Source of the DNA: Burkholderiales bacterium | GTDB taxonomy: Bacteria > Pseudomonadota > Gammaproteobacteria > Burkholderiales > SG8-39 | DNA length: 64,000 nucleotides | Direction: 5' to 3' | Assembly: GCA_035651815.1 (NCBI GenBank) | Contig: DASRFB010000124.1 | Coordinates: 892-64,891, forward strand | Part shown: positions 62,779 through 64,000 of the stretch, one piece after another | Numbering within the stretch: the first letter of the stretch is position 1 | Layout of the letters: each line of letters starts with the position of its first letter | Made by a program: the position numbers and the translations under genes | The notes under the pieces: model-generated | The model's database searches: none | Told to the model about the DNA's origin: nothing | The model's input: the letters and a program-made list of their open reading frames with translations, nothing else

Positions 62779-63922
62779 TGTCGTTCCTCCGGGCCCTGCG
62801 CGCGCGCGGGGGCGCGAAACGAAGCGGGAATTCGGCGACGATGGTCGTGCCTTCGGCCGGGCGCGAGCTGACGTTCAGCCTGCCGCCCGCGAGGCCGACG
62901 CGCTCCTGCATGCCCAGCAATCCGAGGCTGCCGCGCGCGATCGCCTCGCGCGTCGCCGCCGCCACGTCGAAGCCGCGGCCGTCGTCGCGCACGCTCACGC
63001 GCAGCCGGTCGCCGTTGCGCCGGGCCTCGATCCAGGCGTTGCGGGCCTGCGCGTGGCGCACGACGTTCGTCATCGCCTCCTGCACGAAGCGGAAGCACGC
63101 GGTCTCGAGCGCGGCCTCGAGGCGCTCGTTGAGCTCGTCGGCCTCGAACTCGGTGTGAAGGCCCGACGCGGCCGCCTGCCTGCCGATCTGCCAGCGCAAG
63201 GCCGCGACCAGCCCGAGGTCGTCGAGCTGCGAGGGCCGCAGGTTCAGCGACAGGTTGCGCACCTGGTCGAGGGCCTGATCGGTGATGAGCACGCATTCCT
63301 CGAGCGGCTGCCGCGCCTCGGGTCCGCAGCGGCGCATCGCGGATTGCAGATGCAGCTTCACGGCCGTGAGCGCCTGGCCGATCTCGTCGTGAAGCTCGCG
63401 TGCGATGTGACGACGCTCGCTCTCCTGCACCTCCAGCATGCGGCTCGAGAGCGACTGCAGCCTGAGGTTCGCCTCCTGCATCGCGCCGCGGTAGCGATTC
63501 TCGGATTCGCGCAGCTCCGACTCCGCGACCCGGCGGTCGCGCCGCTCGGTCGCCTCGCGCAGCTCGCGCTCGACCGCGGGCGCGAGGCGCGCGAGGCGGT
63601 CCTTGATCAGGTAGTCGTTGGCGCCGGCCTTCATCGCGTCCACGGCGACGTCTTCCCCGATGGTGCCGGAAACGACGATGAAGGGCATGTCGCGGCCGCT
63701 CCCGCGCACCAGCTTGAGCGCCTCGAGACCGGTGAACGATGGCATGCTGTAGTCGGCGATGACGAAGTCCCATTCGCGCCGCGACAGCGCGTCCTGCAGC
63801 GCCTGCGCGCTGTACACCCGTTCCGAGAGAAGCTCGTATCCGGCGCGCTTGAGCTCGGCGAGCACCAGCGCGGCATCGTCCTCGGAATCCTCGACCAGCA
63901 GGACCCTCAGCTTTCCCGCCAT
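62753..63922 (-). CDS. hybrid REC-HisKA_3-HATPase histidine kinase (receiver domain as the only input domain)
   Basis: 389 aa. N-terminal REC (LRVLLVEDSEDD...VIADYSMPSFTG...GANDYLIKD), coiled-coil linker, H-box ERRHIARELHDEIGQ, N-box EAMTNVVRHA, G-box VRDDGRGF. No TM, PAS or GAF domain seen. The 3' end overlaps the NarL regulator start by 26 nt. Confidence 0.88.
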   Translation of the reverse strand: MAGKLRVLLVEDSEDDAALVLAELKRAGYELLSERVYSAQALQDALSRREWDFVIADYSMPSFTGLEALKLVRGSGRDMPFIVVSGTIGEDVAVDAMKAGANDYLIKDRLARLAPAVERELREATERRDRRVAESELRESENRYRGAMQEANLRLQSLSSRMLEVQESERRHIARELHDEIGQALTAVKLHLQSAMRRCGPEARQPLEECVLITDQALDQVRNLSLNLRPSQLDDLGLVAALRWQIGRQAAASGLHTEFEADELNERLEAALETACFRFVQEAMTNVVRHAQARNAWIEARRNGDRLRVSVRDDGRGFDVAAATREAIARGSLGLLGMQERVGLAGGRLNVSSRPAEGTTIVAEFPLRFAPPRARRARRNDNAGSSTAR

Positions 63923-64000
63923 TCAGGCCTCGTATGGCAAGCCGCCCCCGGGGCGACGACGTCGTGCCCCGGTAAACAGCGAGAGCGGGATGTTCCATGC

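Overview
Very gene-dense, visibly high-G+C chromosomal segment that reads as proteobacterial core genome. Several gene orders (rpe/apaG, miaB-phoH-ybeY-corC-lnt, glyQ-glyS-gmhB-plsC-gloA, dusB-fis-purH-purD) look betaproteobacterial. Others (lptD-surA-pdxA-rsmA with divergent amgK-murU, and algZ-algR-hemCDXY next to argH) mirror Pseudomonas. This taxonomic reading is inference. I call 63 CDS (one of them a speculative small ORF), 2 tRNAs (CAU and Phe-GAA), a perfect CIRCE operator with a sigma70-type promoter at groESL, three further consensus-like promoters and two clear rho-independent terminators. I saw no transposase, integrase, phage, CRISPR, toxin-antitoxin or defence-type genes, and no intergenic gap longer than about 210 bp. 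This is therefore not an accessory island, and I do not see a convincing new multi-gene system. The most unusual items are: (1) an SDR-fold protein whose catalytic Ser/Tyr/Lys positions are all substituted, overlapping both ubiA and ubiD; (2) a sensor-less REC-HisKA_3 kinase with a NarL-type regulator and a stand-alone CheY; (3) a Hanks Ser/Thr kinase fused to a cNMP-binding domain and coupled to argH and a fructosamine-kinase homologue; (4) pagP translationally coupled inside purH-purD; (5) an unrecognisable 221-aa protein in the slot after rsmA where apaG-apaH sit in E. coli/Pseudomonas. Many long ORFs in the six-frame track are antisense or out-of-frame shadows typical of high-G+C DNA. All family calls come from motif recognition by eye with no searches run, and several start codons are approximate.
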